From IMG/VR virus record IMGVR_UViG_3300050011_000393, positions 32,668 to 96,667 of that record: a stretch of DNA of 64,000 nucleotides; one strand, written 5' to 3'. The position numbers and the translations under genes were made by a program. How positions within the stretch are numbered: the stretch's first letter is position 1; every line of letters starts with the position of its first letter. Below, one piece after another: positions 36,824-48,130 of this stretch. Origin of the DNA: a virus. Under the pieces are notes generated by a model, which was not told the origin of the DNA, made no database searches, and saw only the letters and a program-made list of their open reading frames with translations.

Positions 36824-37194
36824 TGACCCCTTACCAAAAATATACGGATACCTGCACGCGCCTGGCTAAACAAGAAGGCGTGATCCAGCGGGCTAGACGG
36901 GAAGCATTGGAAAACCTTTGCCGCGCGCAAGACCTCTGCCCACATACCGAACTGGACGATGTCGTGACCGATTTTGGTATGCATACGCGCTGCCGGGCCT
37001 GCGGTGCATGTTCACCGCCAAGACCTCCTGTGCTGACGGTCGAGACCATTCGCGAATGCCATAAGCAATTGATCGCGCAGGAGATAAAAGAGAAACGCGC
37101 ACGCTGTCCGCATGCCGAGGTGACGCAGATTTTTGGATGTTTCGGGAATAAGCGCACCTGCAACGCATGTGGGCATGATGTTTTAGGCGCATAG
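36824..37194 (+). CDS. hypothetical protein with two CPH...CxxC repeats
   Basis: Duplicated Zn motif; start approximate. Confidence 0.55.
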
Positions 37195-37930
37195 CGGTCG
37201 TTTAGATCGTAGATCGCCGCCATATGGGTACGGAAGACTAGCCAGGAGGAGAAATGGGCACCTTGGTCTTGGGAATCGCAACAATCGGATATGTGGTGGG
37301 TTTGCTGATGGGTACTTGGCTGGGGTTCCGGCTCTTGTGCTGGGTGCTGAAGACTCGGGTCGAGCAGAATGGCATGCAATTGGAACTGGCGCGCTTGCTC
37401 ATGAAGCCCGTCAAACGAGTTAATGGCATGACGCGCGACGGCCATGTGACGTGGATCAATTCAGGTCTGGAGAACGCAGCGGTCTGCGGACAAACGAAAG
37501 AACAGAACAGGCGGAGCAATTATTTTTGCACGCGAGACGGAGGCCATACAGGTCCCTGCGCGGTCCACATCCTATGAACTGGTTCCTGCAATTATCGGAC
37601 GGGCAGAGATTGGTCATTGTGATGGTGCTCCTGGTTGGTTTAATCATGACCGCTATATCTATGGTCGATTCTGAATTATAAGGAGGAAAAATGGACAACC
37701 GCGCCGAAGTGAGCCACTTAGCTTGGACACTGCTGGGTATAGGTATATTCAGTTTATTACTCTCAATTATTATAGTGTGGTACATCGAACTAAACGCGAA
37801 AGGCGGGAGGGGATGATTAGCTGCGATAAGTGTGGTTTTGGTCACCGTACATTTGAGGAACACGATGCCTGTAAAAGTTGGAAAGAAATAGTCGCATTAT
37901 CTCGGCAACGGCGGATTTTTTAATCCCGAA

Positions 37931-38392
37931 ATGATGGAGCACGACAAGGTGAGGCAACTGTTGATTGATTGCCGGGCTGACATTGACGAGGTAGACACCC
38001 TCCTCCAAGCTGCGAATGAGGCGGCGTTAGAGAATGCAGCCGACATAGTGAGAAACAACTGGGCAGATACACGAAATCTTCAAAGAGAGTTTATACCTGC
38101 GCTTATTCGCGCCCTTATCCCCCAACCCTCCGCACTCGACAGGCGGCTGGCTGAGGCGCGGTTGGAGGAAGCGGAATGGTGGAGTCCGCGAGACAAGAGA
38201 AAGTGGTCAGAGAATCAGACCTATCGAATTGCCGAACTCCGCCGCGCTCTACCCTTCGACTCCCCGACGCCGGAAAAGGTGTGCCCGAGATGTGAGGGAA
38301 AGACTTTTGAGGACTTAGGGGGAGATTGGCGTATGTGCCCCGACTGCCGGGGAACCGGACTCCGGGCGCAGGGGAAGGGAGAACAGAAATGA
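37931..38392 (+). CDS. hypothetical protein with C-terminal CxxCxG Zn motif
   Basis: CPRCEG...CPDCRGTG. Confidence 0.6.
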   Translation: MMEHDKVRQLLIDCRADIDEVDTLLQAANEAALENAADIVRNNWADTRNLQREFIPALIRALIPQPSALDRRLAEARLEEAEWWSPRDKRKWSENQTYRIAELRRALPFDSPTPEKVCPRCEGKTFEDLGGDWRMCPDCRGTGLRAQGKGEQK

Positions 38393-38830
38393 TTTACGGA
38401 CATAAGAAAACAATTCATGCGGCACAGAAGTTGAACGTAGAGATCGATAAGAAAGGCAATGTGGTCGCTGTATGGTTTCGCTGCTGTGCCCTTCCATTTG
38501 ACGTGACGGTTGTGGATAAAGAGCGGGCCGATGAAATGACAAAGACGAGCAATGAAGCTAATAGGTATACCAGGCTGAATGCGGTCGACGTCGAGCAAGG
38601 CTAAGCGGAGGATTGCGATGAAGTTTTTTGTGGGTAAGCTCGATAAGAATATGCATGGCACTGAGGGACCAGGCGAGCCGTGGAATAAAGAGCCTGTGCT
38701 CGGACCTAAGTTTGTCATTGTTCGCTTGGGCTATGCGCCTGTTTTCACAGGCTGGCGTTTGATCTATTATTTCCCGAGTGGTGCGTGGTGGCATTTTGAT
38801 GTGAGTACTTATCGAGAGAAATAGCGCAAA

Positions 38831-38957
38831 GTGCGGTCGGCTTTCCAGATGGGCAGCGGGGTCATATTCGTTGCGTCATCATTCCAAAATGCCGCGCGCG
38901 CTAAGCCGAGTCCTTTCAACTGTCTGAGTGGTCAAGACAGATAGAGCTGAGTAGAGG
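38831..38957 (+). repeat. diverged ~125-nt non-coding element, copy 1
   Basis: Shares GGGTCATATTCGTTGCGTC..TCATTCCAAA core and flanks with 39808-39934. Confidence 0.7.
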
Positions 38958-39588
38958 AGAAAGAGATGCTGAACGCGGCTAGGTTTATAGAGGCAGTAGG
39001 CGTCCTGATTCTGGGCGCAGGTGTTCTGGCATATGCGGCCTGTTGGTTGCTTGAACAGTATGCGAACTGGAGGCAGTGATGCTCGATTGTTGCACAGTTG
39101 GCCGAGAGGTATGGGAGAAAGAACTGGCCGAGGCAGGCTGGACACACGCAGGATGTTTTATATATCGGTCACCCTCAGGTTTGCTCTATCGTGGCCCGCA
39201 CAAGGCATGGCATGTGATGAAAGATGGAATCGAAGCATGGGAACGAATCGAGGAGCAGAGGGAGATGCGGTGACCGTAGCCGAATTGTACGAAAAGCTGC
39301 AGGCTTTACCAGAGAACGAGCGGGGCCAGGCGTTAATGGAGGCGATGTTAACCGCACCATTGGACCTGACTGTCACGCCTGCACCCGCGCGGTCCCCATA
39401 CAAGCGGTATGTGGATATTCCCGAGCGGGAACAATCGCGACAATAATCGCGACAAACTGTCGGGATATTCCCGTACAGGAACATTATATTCTCACCAGGC
39501 GACATATATGTACGTTTTGGTAGATAAGACGGGCCGCGCCGCATGCGGCTCGTTTACACCTCAGAAGTGCAGACATATTTAGGAGGCT

Positions 39589-39801
39589 ATGATGACCGAC
39601 AAAAGTCAGCAACTGCAGGGCTATCTTGACGCGATGACGACATTCTTGAACAGTCCTGCGGCGGTTCACGCATTGCAACATGCGCCCGTCACCGTGGATA
39701 TCGGCCGCTTACTGGACGAATTATATGAGCTGTGCTGCGTGCCTGGGCTCACAGTGAAAGACGAGGAATGGTTGCGCAGCATCGGGATCTCAGTGGAGTA
39801 A
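39589..39801 (+). CDS. small protein with LTVKDEEWL motif
   Basis: AGGAGG RBS. Confidence 0.65.
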   Translation: MMTDKSQQLQGYLDAMTTFLNSPAAVHALQHAPVTVDIGRLLDELYELCCVPGLTVKDEEWLRSIGISVE

Positions 39802-39807
39802 TGCGAC

Positions 39808-39934
39808 GTGCGGTTCGGCGTTCACAGACTGGCCTCGGGTCATATTCGTTGCGTCTCATTCCAAACAAACGGCGCACGCTATAATGGGCTCGTTCAAGCT
39901 TACTACTGACCGTCAGACTGGTAGAGAGTAGAGG
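39808..39934 (+). repeat. diverged ~125-nt non-coding element, copy 2
   Basis: See copy 1. Confidence 0.7.
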
Positions 39935-40025
39935 TAGAGCAGATGGATATATGGGTTGAGACAGGACTGGCGATGTGCTGCGCAGTCTGGTTGCTCTGGA
40001 TGGCATACGATATTGATAGGAGGCT

Positions 40026-40382
40026 GTGATGAGCCAGGCTAAGTGTTTGCATGAACCGCGTGTGATGGTGCCTAATGGCGGTAAACGGAAAGATGGAACG
40101 CCTATCTTGCAGTGTCGCCAGTGCGTTCGGGCGTCACACAATAGGTCTAGTCGCAGGAAGCAAGGGTATGATGAGAAGTTTGCACAGCAGGAAGGTCAAT
40201 GCGCGTTTTGTGATGAACCTTTGGCGGACGATAACACGACGCATCGGGAGCACAACCATGCGACAGGGAAAGAGCGTGGCCTGGTTCATGCGCGATGCAA
40301 CCAAATGATTAGCGGCATCGAGGATGCTATGGACCTAATCGGCCTGGAGCGCGTGGTGCGGTGGATGACCGAAGACAGGTAA
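40026..40382 (+). CDS. endonuclease VII-like HNH protein
   Basis: Q.G.CAFC....H.EHNHATG..RGLVH..CN. Confidence 0.8.
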   Translation: MMSQAKCLHEPRVMVPNGGKRKDGTPILQCRQCVRASHNRSSRRKQGYDEKFAQQEGQCAFCDEPLADDNTTHREHNHATGKERGLVHARCNQMISGIEDAMDLIGLERVVRWMTEDR

Positions 40383-41050
40383 ATATTACATAGCGTGTGA
40401 TGGAGTGTAGTGCCGCATTTTGTGCGCCGTTTGCGATTCCATTTATCATATTCGTATCCGTAAAACCATATTGTGTATGGATTTCCATATTTGTGGTCAA
40501 AATGCCACACTCCGAGTCGGCGAATGGCGACATTTGGGAATGTCAGGGAGCGGCGACAACAGGCATCCAGCAGCGTCTGATAATATATGAATGCTAAATA
40601 CCTTTGTTATGTAGATGTTTGTTCGGAATCACTATTTTGTCATACCCTGCGTGTGTGGGCTAAGTGCCGTGTTATCATGAGCGACGCCCTGGTCAGCCCA
40701 TGCTTCTGAAGTTCGCTCTATAGGAAACCCCATAAGCCTAATCGAATCAACGATTGGCCATGCACGTGTTGTGGACCTGAGCGTGCAAGGGTAGCACGTT
40801 GATGGCCAAAGAGTGGCCAGGAAATTGCAGGGGACCCTTTGGATTCTCATTTTGAGATTCAAAAACCCCAGCCCGCCCGCCCGCCCAGCTGAGCTTGACT
40901 ACACACCACACAAGTGTTCGCTTAATGTTTGTTACAACCTCCTCATTATTTCCTTGACAAGTTCCGCACGCATCTGGTAATCTGCTGTTGCGTTTCAAAA
41001 CCCCAGACGGGGACCTTATAAGGCCGTAAAGGCCTCAGGAGCGTAACAAC

Positions 41051-41716
41051 ATGGCCAGACTCAAAGTTGGACAGGTCTGGCAAGATGGATATCGGCCTGG
41101 TCTGCGGCCGCGCCTGTTTCAGATTACGGCTATGCCCGCCGTCTTGCTTGCGCGCCAAGTAACGTGCCGTATCCTGAAGGAAGGAGAATCTCGGAGTGCC
41201 GAGGTTCATAAGGCAGGCCGCACGGTGTTCTTATCGCAAGAGTATTTCAATGGCCCGAAACAGCGGTATGAACTCGTGGCAGAGTCGGATTATTATGTGA
41301 CTGACTGGACGTCCTGGCGTTACATGACATATACGTCGAAGCCGCCCTCCGCCACCGTCAACCTTTCGATCTACGATGAATTCTTTCTGTGGATCGACCG
41401 CGCGGATTTGAACTGGCGCGGATACTCTACCGCAAGGATTTCCAAGATGCTGAAAGCCTTTGAGGCTGGACGGAACTCTACGCCCTCCGTGAAGACCGCC
41501 GCACCCGCACCTGTAGAGACGCCGCTGCCGCGAGTCGGGGACCATTATCGCGGCAAATACTCCCACCGACAGGTACAAGTTGCGGCGGTCTCGAACTTCG
41601 ACGTAGGCACCGTACAGGTTCGGTCGCTGGCCGACTGGGATCGTCTAACCTCTTACTCTCTCGCGGAATTCAGGACGTTGTATGAGCCCCTAGCCTCCGG
41701 ACAGGAGAAGGCCTAA
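41051..41716 (+). CDS. hypothetical protein (tandem SH3-like repeats)
   Basis: VGQVW and VGDHY repeats; AGGAG RBS; TTGACA..GGTAAT promoter upstream. Confidence 0.65.
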   Translation: MARLKVGQVWQDGYRPGLRPRLFQITAMPAVLLARQVTCRILKEGESRSAEVHKAGRTVFLSQEYFNGPKQRYELVAESDYYVTDWTSWRYMTYTSKPPSATVNLSIYDEFFLWIDRADLNWRGYSTARISKMLKAFEAGRNSTPSVKTAAPAPVETPLPRVGDHYRGKYSHRQVQVAAVSNFDVGTVQVRSLADWDRLTSYSLAEFRTLYEPLASGQEKA

Positions 41717-43023
41717 TGTATATTTTTCCTGGTCGGATTATCCAACTGGCGCGATGGACTGTAACTCCACACGGGCATTTGCTGCGTGACGGCAAGCCTG
41801 TTGCGGACATCAGGTACAAGGCGGCCAAGGAGCAGATTCAATTCGTGCTGGAGGCCCTGAACGCCGCCGAGGAGAAGCGATGAGCACACAGACATGCACG
41901 GAGCACCCGACAGAGGATTCACTACGTCGCCGCCACGCGCGCTGCATCCGGAGAATCATTCTCAAGCATCTCGGCGGCTTTACTTTCACCGAACCGGACG
42001 GGTTGCCGTTTGATACCGACCACGCCCAGACCAGCACCCGCTCCGAACGTCGCCGGAAGAAACTAGGGCGTGCGTAATGTACGAGCGCATTCTTCTTTCG
42101 GTCGACCTAGTAGGCGCTATTGCTGTGATGGTCGAGGCGGCTTATTACCGTAATCAATTTGTCTCCGGTTGCGGATGCATTTTGGCCTTGACAGCCTTGT
42201 GGTTGTTTAGTAGGATTCTCAAAGATTAAGGAGGCACCATGAGCAAGGAAAGTAATCTCAGCGCATCAGTGGCGGAACTCGAAACGGCGTTCAATCGCAC
42301 TGCCGAAGCGCGCGGCAAACTGCAGATCTCGATTGTCGCGGCCATGGATCAAGCGGCCGTTCTCGACAAGGCCATGGCAGGCTATCGCCGCGCCGTAGAT
42401 ATCCTGACCGCAGAAGTTCACGCGGAGGCCGTATGATCTTAGAGCGCGCGGTCTACCGGGATGAAACCGCACGATGGTACAAGAACGGGGAAGAATTCAA
42501 AACCCCGGGCGTCACCGCCACCAGTTATCCGGAAGCCTTCGAATTGTTGTACGGACATTCCCCCTTCATGCCGCCGTCCGTACGCGCCCCGCACAGAGAT
42601 ACGGTGCTGGCGTGAGCGAGACCTTCTGGACCTTACTGCGCGACCAGGCGCACTGGGAGTTTGAAATTTTTCTGATGCTGCTGTTCGACGGCATCATCGC
42701 GGGAGTGTGCTGGCCTTTTCTTCGCAAGCACTGGGGTCATCATATTGCCCGAGATCACGCCGCCGCCGCGGTGTATGATTGGTCGATGTCTCCTGCAGCC
42801 ATAGCGGCAAGTCATTTGAAGAATCCTCCCGACCCATGCTTTAGTTGCGCTGGTTCGACCGTGCTGCTAGACAATTCGGTAGTAATCTGCAAGGAGTGTG
42901 GGCACGTTACAGTGCCGTCGAAATAGACTTTCAGTAAATGGCGTGTTTTCAACATTTGTTGAAATAGGGTGAAAACCCGCAAAAAACATGTGACAACCCC
43001 AGAGACTTTGAACTGACATCTCA

Positions 43024-43053
43024 TTACAGAAACTGACTTATCAAATCATAAGT
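43024..43053 (+). promoter_or_regulatory. extended late motif TTACAGAAACT-GACT-N8-CATAAGT
   Basis: GACTTATCAAATCATAAGT. Confidence 0.75.
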
Positions 43054-43090
43054 AGAGCGGACTTCTGACGAGGTCTTCTGGAGCAAGCAA

Positions 43091-43570
43091 GTGAGCGCAT
43101 TTACTTTTGAAATCCGAGATATGCTGTCGTCATTAGGCGCGTATTTGTTTGGCTCCGAACAGCCGACGAGAGCCGAGGCTCGACTCCAAGAGCTCTCGAA
43201 AGAGTATGATGTTAAACTGCGCGGATGTGGAGACCATGCTTTTAGTTCTCTCTCTCCTGTTTCGGACGCCCTAGCTGCCGCGCACGCCGAAATCAAGCAA
43301 CTCAAATTTCTCCTGGCTTCCGCGCCGATGATTGACGCCCCGACCCTACTGGATGCGCGGGACCGATTCAAAACCTTGCAATCGAGGTTTGCTTATATCC
43401 ACCCTAAAACGATGGCTCGATACGATTTCCTTTGGAACAAGCCCGTGAACGGCGTGGTGATGTGCCCAGGCTCGCCAACCAAATGGGTTGTGCTTTCCGC
43501 CATGCCGCAAGGCCGCGTGATTTATTCTCCGCTGCCGATTCCGGGGATTGAAAAGATTTTAGCGTCATGA
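43091..43570 (+). CDS. hypothetical protein
   Basis: GGAG RBS, first gene after late motif. Confidence 0.6.
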   Translation: MSAFTFEIRDMLSSLGAYLFGSEQPTRAEARLQELSKEYDVKLRGCGDHAFSSLSPVSDALAAAHAEIKQLKFLLASAPMIDAPTLLDARDRFKTLQSRFAYIHPKTMARYDFLWNKPVNGVVMCPGSPTKWVVLSAMPQGRVIYSPLPIPGIEKILAS

Positions 43571-44121
43571 GATGGTTCGGAAATCTGAGTGTCACGTCTT
43601 GCGGCGTTGAAGTGCCGACACTCGAAACATTTGAATTGGACGGGCGGTATCTGTATCCCGAGAAACAGCTTTTTATTGAATCAATGGATTTGTGGTTGCG
43701 ATATTTGGAGGCAGACCCGTGCGGAAACAAAAAATGCTCGTGCCAGTGAACGGTAAGTTGTATGAAATCACAGAGCATGCAGGATATTTGAAGGCGCAAT
43801 TGAACGGATACTTCGGTTGGACGTCGGTCTGGGCGGATACCTTGAAGATTTTGACGCGGCGCATTCAGCAAGTACGGAGTGGCGGACAATGAAAATTAAT
43901 CAGTACGGAGCCGTAATCCTGACGCAGCGCGACATTAAAGTTGAAGGTTGGCTCGTCGAGCGTGAACTCACGGACCCGCCCGAGTCTGAGGCAACCCACG
44001 AACAGCTCTTGCTTGAAGTGGTGATCCCTTGGGCGCAGAAGAAATTGAACGCGGCCATTCTGCAGAACCTGCAACGTATCTCGAAAGAAATTAAAGAAGC
44101 AAAAAACCCGACGGCGAATTA

Positions 44122-44406
44122 ATGCGATATCAAATTCGACTAAACCCTAAAGCGTTTAACCCACTCACGCTGCAAGTGATTGCTAAGCGGCTTTGGGAAG
44201 TTGAGCAGGTCGGGAACCGCGACAGTGAGCCTGTGATCTGGCATTGCGCGGATGTGCGCATCGACGACCAGCACGTCCGAGAATTATTTCAGATGCCGAA
44301 ACCAGGCGAGCCGCCTTGGCAGATAGAACGCTACGGGACTTGCGCTCGCGGGCAAGATGACGCAATAGTGATTGTGACAGGGCCAGCAGATGCTTCAGGA
44401 AATTGA
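44122..44406 (+). CDS. hypothetical protein
   Basis: TAATG-coupled ORF. Confidence 0.6.
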   Translation: MRYQIRLNPKAFNPLTLQVIAKRLWEVEQVGNRDSEPVIWHCADVRIDDQHVRELFQMPKPGEPPWQIERYGTCARGQDDAIVIVTGPADASGN

Positions 44407-44418
44407 GGACTAAGATTA

Positions 44419-44634
44419 ATGAGTGTGAAATCAGTTCTTGACAAATTCATGAACGACATGCATGTGCCGATTGCGCTGGTGGTGTTCACAGCCACGAGCG
44501 TTTTTCATTTTTATTCTGGTAAGGATTTGGGCTCGCAATACGTCTCTAGCTTGTACGCGTTCTACGGATTCCTGGCAGGTCACTTTGGCCTGTCGCAGAA
44601 GTGGCCTGATAAACCCCAAGGAGATCAGTCATGA
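44419..44634 (+). CDS. small two-TM membrane protein (holin-like)
   Basis: Two hydrophobic segments, 71 aa. Confidence 0.45.
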   Translation: MSVKSVLDKFMNDMHVPIALVVFTATSVFHFYSGKDLGSQYVSSLYAFYGFLAGHFGLSQKWPDKPQGDQS

Positions 44635-45338
44635 AAAAGTTTCTCGCCCTGCTAGTGATGTTCGTTTTGATTACCCTCCCGCTTGCCGCGATGCAGCCCC
44701 CGCGCGGATTTGCTGGAAAGCTATGGGCGAGCACTTTGGCGTTGTACGGCAGCAGCAAAACCCAAACTCATTTTCTTTGCACGGCGGAACCCATCGCCAA
44801 AATCGACGGCGGGTACATACTACTCACTGCAGGCCATTGCGTCCAGCTTACCCCTGCAGGATTGCAGTTCTCGGTCGCTGAAGAAATTGGCGGAGCGCGC
44901 AGCCCTGTCACGCTAGTGAAAGCTGTGCTGAGCGACAAACTGGATTTTGCGATTTTCGATTTGAAGACTACGAAGACATATTCGGTTTTTGAAATCGGAG
45001 ACGCGAAAGACCTATACGTCGGAGAGGAAACCATCAATCCGAATTTTGCGCTTGGGCTCGGGAAGCAGTTAAGCCTCGGCACTGTGTCGTCTCTGCCGCT
45101 GACTTCTTCCGAAGACTGCACGGACGATTGTATCGGAAACTTCTTGGTCCAACAATATGCTGGACCTGGCGCGTCAGGGTCTGCTATCTTGTCCGCGAAG
45201 ACTCATAAGGTGCTCGGTATTCTGGTTTATGAGTTCGGCCAAGGCCAGGTAGGCTTTGCAGTAGAGCCCATCTCTTTGCTGGCTGTCTTTGGCGTCACTC
45301 CGAACCAGCCGCATCCTGTCGACGAAGAGGAAAAGTAA
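44631..45338 (+). CDS. secreted trypsin-like serine protease
   Basis: Signal peptide; LTAGHC, DFAI, GASGSA catalytic triad motifs. Confidence 0.9.
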   Translation: MKKFLALLVMFVLITLPLAAMQPPRGFAGKLWASTLALYGSSKTQTHFLCTAEPIAKIDGGYILLTAGHCVQLTPAGLQFSVAEEIGGARSPVTLVKAVLSDKLDFAIFDLKTTKTYSVFEIGDAKDLYVGEETINPNFALGLGKQLSLGTVSSLPLTSSEDCTDDCIGNFLVQQYAGPGASGSAILSAKTHKVLGILVYEFGQGQVGFAVEPISLLAVFGVTPNQPHPVDEEEK

Positions 45339-45625
45339 ATGACCTTCTTGGATAAGAACCAAACCATGGATGCTCCGAAAGGTTTCACCTTTAAGGACGT
45401 CCGCGCAGAAGGTTCATACCTGCGAGTAGAGTACTGGCGCAGGTTTGTCGATGGCGATGATATCGCAGTCATCTACCTGAACGACATGGGTAGAGAAGTC
45501 GGCCGAGTGATCAATACGATTTATTTAGAGCCAGCACCACCTGAGCCTCCCGAACCAGTCAGTCGCAGATTTCGGTTTTACAACGGATTTTTAATTGCCC
45601 TTCAGGGCTTACAGGAGATGTTAAA

Positions 45626-45922
45626 ATGTCTGAGATAATCTTGAGCCAGAAAATGTTGCGGACCTGCGAAGCCTGCGGGGCCTCGAAGGAATGGGAATTG
45701 GTTGCTGCGAAAGAGGCCGACATTCTCGAAATGCAAGAATGGTATTTGGTCACACGCGCTGTGGTGATCGACCGTCAGTTTACGAAGATCTCTGCGAATG
45801 CATGCTCGCTGGCCTGCGTCCCTGCAGCGGCCGTGAAACTTGCTCTTCCGATGGCAGCAGAAGAACCTGCAGACGACATCGATATGGAGTCGCTGCGCGC
45901 TGCTAATATTCAACCGAATTAA
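45626..45922 (+). CDS. Zn-binding hypothetical protein
   Basis: CEAC...CSLAC; AGGAG RBS. Confidence 0.6.
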   Translation: MSEIILSQKMLRTCEACGASKEWELVAAKEADILEMQEWYLVTRAVVIDRQFTKISANACSLACVPAAAVKLALPMAAEEPADDIDMESLRAANIQPN

Positions 45923-45959
45923 AATTAGCATTTTATGTTTATGGGTGATATAATTTCTT

Positions 45960-46535
45960 ATGCGTTTTTACTCTTATTTGTGGCTTCGAGAAGACGGGTC
46001 CCCATACTATGCGGGAAAAGGCTCAGGTAATAGGGCGTACAAAAGTCATAGACATCGCGGGCTTTGTCCACCAAAAAATCGAGATTTGATTCTTGTGTTT
46101 TTTCATGAATCGGAAGATGAGGCTTTTGGCTCTGAGAGAGCGTTCATTCGCTGGTTCGGCCGCAAAGACTTGGGTATGGGGTGTCTTATAAATCACACGG
46201 ACGGCGGAGATCAACCGCCGAGCGCGAAAGGCCGAAAACGGTCTGCAGCGTTTATTCAAAAAATGAGAGATCGAACTCCAACCATCCCCACGCCCGCAAG
46301 TAGAGAGAAGAATCGGATTGCGCATTTAGGACGAAAGCACACCCAAGAATCAAAAAAGAAACAGTCAGAGAAAATGATGGGGCGGTTGAAATCGGAGGAG
46401 ACCAAAGCAAAAATGTCTTTGGCCCAGATAGGAAATTCTAAATTTAAGGGGCGACATCATACCGCCGAGACCAAGGCTAAAATGTCAGCCATTCGATTTG
46501 AGCGTTACGGAAAAGGAGCGATATGTCGAAATTAG
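45960..46535 (+). CDS. GIY-YIG-like homing endonuclease with NUMOD3 repeats
   Basis: FYSYLWLREDGSPYYAGKG..R, E..FI..FGRKD, N.TDGG, HTAETKAKMS. Confidence 0.88.
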   Translation: MRFYSYLWLREDGSPYYAGKGSGNRAYKSHRHRGLCPPKNRDLILVFFHESEDEAFGSERAFIRWFGRKDLGMGCLINHTDGGDQPPSAKGRKRSAAFIQKMRDRTPTIPTPASREKNRIAHLGRKHTQESKKKQSEKMMGRLKSEETKAKMSLAQIGNSKFKGRHHTAETKAKMSAIRFERYGKGAICRN

Positions 46536-48130
46536 TAAAACATGGAGCAGAGGCCCGCGAGGCTATTTTAAAGGGGGTCGATTTTATAGCCGACGTAGTT
46601 GCTCTGACTGAAGGACCTCGCGGAAGAAATATTATTATGGGACAACGCGCTTTAGGCCAATCACCTCGCATAACTAAAGATGGAGTAAGCGTTGCGAATT
46701 ATGTTGACCCCTCAGATTCCACGGAGCAGATGGGCGCGGATTTAATTCGAGAAGCGTGTCAGAAAACGGATAACTCTGTTGGGGATGGGACTACCTGCAC
46801 CGCCGTTCTTGCTCGCGCTATGGTACACGCAGGGTTTGATCTGATTGATAAGGGCGCTAACCCTATGGCGATAGAGCGCGGGATTCATAAGGCGACCGAT
46901 GTCGTCATTTCTCGTATTCAAAAAATGGCTGTTGAAATCACACCAGAGAAAGTTTTTCATGTCGCAACAGTCTCGGCTCATGGCGACACCGAAATTGGTC
47001 GCTTAGTCGCAGACGCAGTTCAGAAGGCAGGGAAAGACGGAGTAGTGACGGCGGAACCCTCCTCAACCTCCGCAACTTATGTGGAGACCGTTGCAGGACT
47101 GGAGCTCGAAAAATCTAATTTGGTCTCCCCCGCCTTTATCACACACCCTGAAACTATGTCTGCGGAGCTTTCGAATTGCCATATTCTTCTCTGGGAAGGC
47201 GTGATTGCCACTGCGAAGTCCGTCGTGCCGATATTGAAACAACTCAAGGATTTGCAAGACTCTGGCGCTGGCGGCGCGCTGCTAATTATTGCGGGCGGGT
47301 ATGAGGCCGAAGCCTTGTCTTGTATCATCAACAACAAGATCAGCCTCAAGCTGCCTTTGATAGCGGTCAGGATGGAAGCCTACGGAGACCGCCGCAAGGA
47401 GGTCATGCGGGACATCGCGGCATTGACTGGCGGCAAGGCGTTTACAGAAGACCTAGGGCTGAAAATCGATAACGTGAAGTTCGCGGAACTCGGCCAGGCG
47501 CGCAAGGTCGTCACCACCATGGCGAAGACCCAGATCCTCGGCGGCAAGGGCAAGCAGGATGAGGTTGCGGGGCGCGTGGCGCACATTCAAACCCTGATTG
47601 AGTCTGTCTCACCAGCCGAACGCAGTCCGTTGCGTCAGAGGCTCGCTGCGCTGCTGGGTGGCATCACTGTGATCAAGGTCGGGGGCGTAACCGTCACCGA
47701 AATGGAAGAGAAGAAAGACCGCGTCGTGGACGCGCTCTCGGCCGCCAAGGCTGCAGTGGAGTCTGGCATCGTTCCTGGCGGCGGCACTGCGCTCCTGCAT
47801 GCAGCGAAAGTTCTTGATGAGCTGGCGGTTCCTGAAGCCGAAGTTGCGGGTGTGCAGGTAGTGCATACCGCGTGCCATGCAGTTACCAAACAAATTGCAG
47901 CCAATGCAGGTCTCGACGGCGAACTGATTATTGCTCAATTATTTTTATCGCCCGGGGAGCAAGGCTATAACGCCTTCACGGACAAGTTTGAAGACCTCGT
48001 CGAGTCAGGCATCATCGACCCCCTGAAGGTCGTGGTCGAGTCCTTGAAAAACGCTTCGGCGGTCTCATGCTCGATTCTTACCATGGGTGCGACGATCAGC
48101 GAAATCAGACAGGAGAAATCGAATGGCTAA
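46523..48130 (+). CDS. groEL: chaperonin GroEL
   Basis: GPRGRN, ITKDGVSVA, GDGTT, IKVGG.T..EM.EKKDR, GIVPGGG, GIIDP. Confidence 0.97.
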   Translation: MSKLVKHGAEAREAILKGVDFIADVVALTEGPRGRNIIMGQRALGQSPRITKDGVSVANYVDPSDSTEQMGADLIREACQKTDNSVGDGTTCTAVLARAMVHAGFDLIDKGANPMAIERGIHKATDVVISRIQKMAVEITPEKVFHVATVSAHGDTEIGRLVADAVQKAGKDGVVTAEPSSTSATYVETVAGLELEKSNLVSPAFITHPETMSAELSNCHILLWEGVIATAKSVVPILKQLKDLQDSGAGGALLIIAGGYEAEALSCIINNKISLKLPLIAVRMEAYGDRRKEVMRDIAALTGGKAFTEDLGLKIDNVKFAELGQARKVVTTMAKTQILGGKGKQDEVAGRVAHIQTLIESVSPAERSPLRQRLAALLGGITVIKVGGVTVTEMEEKKDRVVDALSAAKAAVESGIVPGGGTALLHAAKVLDELAVPEAEVAGVQVVHTACHAVTKQIAANAGLDGELIIAQLFLSPGEQGYNAFTDKFEDLVESGIIDPLKVVVESLKNASAVSCSILTMGATISEIRQEKSNG

